Part shown: piece after piece, positions 62,471-64,000 of the stretch
How the letters are laid out: every line of letters starts with the position of its first letter
Position numbering within the stretch: position 1 is the first letter of the stretch
DNA from: Thalia democratica
Lineage: Eukaryota
DNA length: 64,000 bases
Reading direction: 5' to 3'
Assembly: GCA_965202585.1 (NCBI GenBank)
Contig: OZ241829.1
Location: forward strand, 29,698,001 to 29,762,000
Position numbers and translations under genes: made by a program
Notes under the pieces: generated by a model
What the model was told of the DNA's origin: nothing
The model's database searches: none
What the model saw: only the letters and a program-made list of their open reading frames with translations

Positions 62471-62920
62471 CTGTTTATAACAGTACTTTGGTTTTAAAGT
62501 TTGTAGCAAACAATAATGCTAAAAAGCTATAGTTTGTTTATAAGTATTTTATATATTTATTTGATAATTTTACAAGCCATTATTAAATTTTTGAATCTTT
62601 AAGGCTTTAACTTTATGTATAACAAAAGATTATGTTTATAAAACTAAAAAAACTATACTAAAATGAAAGTTGTTGCTTGTTGATAATATAGTTCAAAACT
62701 TGGGAAACTTGGTAATTTTTACATATTGCAAATCATTTTCGTTATTTTGATTTATATATGTAATGACAATTATAAACAGGTACTCATTAAGAAATTTAAG
62801 TTTCCTCTCAAACTTACCTCTTGGACCAATCGTAGGCATTAAGAAAAAGAACGGCAAATAAAAAAACACAAGCACAGATATTGAACTATCCAAGGAAACA
62901 GAGATAAACCTCAAACGAAC

Positions 62921-63112
62921 CTGGTATGCACTGCACGGCCGGATGCCATTTGCCGTCCACGCCGCAAGTGGAAGCACTCGAGCTCAGCCTGTGCTTTTCT
63001 TCGCAGGTCACCACAGCTTGGGTGCCGTTGAGGTAGACTCCTTCGCCCCGTTCGTTTTCGATCGCATAAGAAGACGATCTCGAGTTTTCGGGAGGAGAAA
63101 AGTCGTCGCATT
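62921..63112 (-). CDS. CCP exon (paralogue of 15880-16071), right gene
   Basis: Same protein; one synonymous change seen (AAA to AAG). Confidence 0.9.
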
Positions 63113-63383
63113 CTGTGATAATTACTTGCGCTTTGTACTTTGTTTTCGAGTAGCTAGTTATTTAAAAGTTTCCCTGCTGTTATCTGTACAATTGTGTTTT
63201 GTTCCAAAAAAGGTAGCTCGGTCGAAATGAATAAGGAGTTTGAAAAGTTCAATGAACACACTAATAAAACTATTATTGATTATTTTTTAACTGGTAACAC
63301 AAAATTGTTCTAAACATTCAGACAAAAACTTGTTGACGAAAGCTTCAAACTATGAAACTGTGATCAAAACAATTTTTTTTTAC

Positions 63384-63584
63384 GTTTCAAGCAGATTGGG
63401 AAAGTTGTTGGTTCCCATCTAGCGCCTCTCTCGCACCCGAACTCAACATTGGAAACGTCGTCCAAATGGTAGCCTTCGAAGCAGGCGTAGTTCACTTTTG
63501 AAGATTTAATATCGCCGTTGTCCAGCCTTATTGTCTCTATAGCCGTTACTATCGAATTGTGAACATGTGGGGGATTTTCGCAAA
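63384..63584 (-). CDS. CCP exon (paralogue of 16343-16543), right gene
   Basis: Same protein; one synonymous change seen (AAC to AAT). Confidence 0.9.
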
Positions 63585-63795
63585 CTGAAATAAATTAATT
63601 GTTTAACTTAATCGTGCTTTATGAGTATCTTTACAACTATTTATGATTTATTCAGAAAAGTATATATCCTTTTTTTAAAATAATTCTGATTTATCAAGCA
63701 CAGAATTACAACATAAGCTACGAAAACTCCCCCGACACAGCTGTATAAAATTTTTAACTACAACACCAAATTTAAGCTAGTAAGTTTGGGAACGG

Positions 63796-64000
63796 GTCAA
63801 AATTGCACGAAGATACTTTTCCACGAAGATAAATTGGCACGAGCAGATAAAATTGCACGATGACAATTTTGCATGGAGGGTCATATTTGCGAGCGAGTGA
63901 AAAAAATATACATATATAAAACAGAAAAATAAAAACTAAAAGATAAATTAATAAAACAATAAAAAAAGTAACATACCTAGGGTAAGGGTTAAGGTTAACT
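63796..64000. mobile_element. Left part of the foldback element copy (paralogue of 16755 onward), cut by the window edge
   Basis: AAATTGCACGA modules and GGGTAAGGGTTAAGG at the window end. Confidence 0.65.

Larger units (their letters stand above)
53840..62540. repeat. Tandem array 2: 6 units of the same 1.48-kb repeat
   Basis: Exon A boundary at 53984, 55465, 56947, 58428, 59909 and 61723. Confidence 0.96.
53068..64000. repeat. Second copy of window region 1 to about 16960 (segmental duplication)
   Basis: The offset is 52969 left of the arrays and 47041 right of them. The 5928-bp difference equals 4 x 1482, matching 10 versus 6 units. Exons, introns and MITEs are near-identical. Confidence 0.95.

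Overview
AT-rich animal genomic DNA with short GT-AG introns. An ascidian/tunicate origin is my inference from style only. All supportable genes lie on the minus strand. (1) A giant, probably secreted sushi/CCP-repeat gene is present as two near-identical tandem copies. The left copy shows its 5' part (about 29.9 kb down to <1): 22 unique CCP exons plus a 10-unit array of a 1.48-kb two-CCP-exon repeat. The right copy shows its 3' part (>64 kb down to the stop at 45447): a 6-unit array, then 3 CCP, an ILEI/PANDER-like domain, 3 CCP and an F5/8 type C domain, with no transmembrane segment. (2) Between the copies (about 41.2-34.4 kb) is an intron-rich gene that the ORF track misses. Spliced by hand, it gives an EGF-like domain followed by a domain that aligns motif by motif with bacterial heparin lyase I (PL13) as I recall that family, with the catalytic His (QWH) and Tyr (KFGVY) retained. 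This is the main candidate novelty: a domesticated, probably horizontally acquired glycosaminoglycan lyase in an animal, next to a complement-regulator-like CCP gene and predicted to be duplicated with it. (3) Two non-autonomous hAT elements with perfect 8-bp TSDs and several MITEs. Exon coordinates were derived by hand from splice sites and reading frame. Family assignments rest on remembered motifs and need HMM confirmation.
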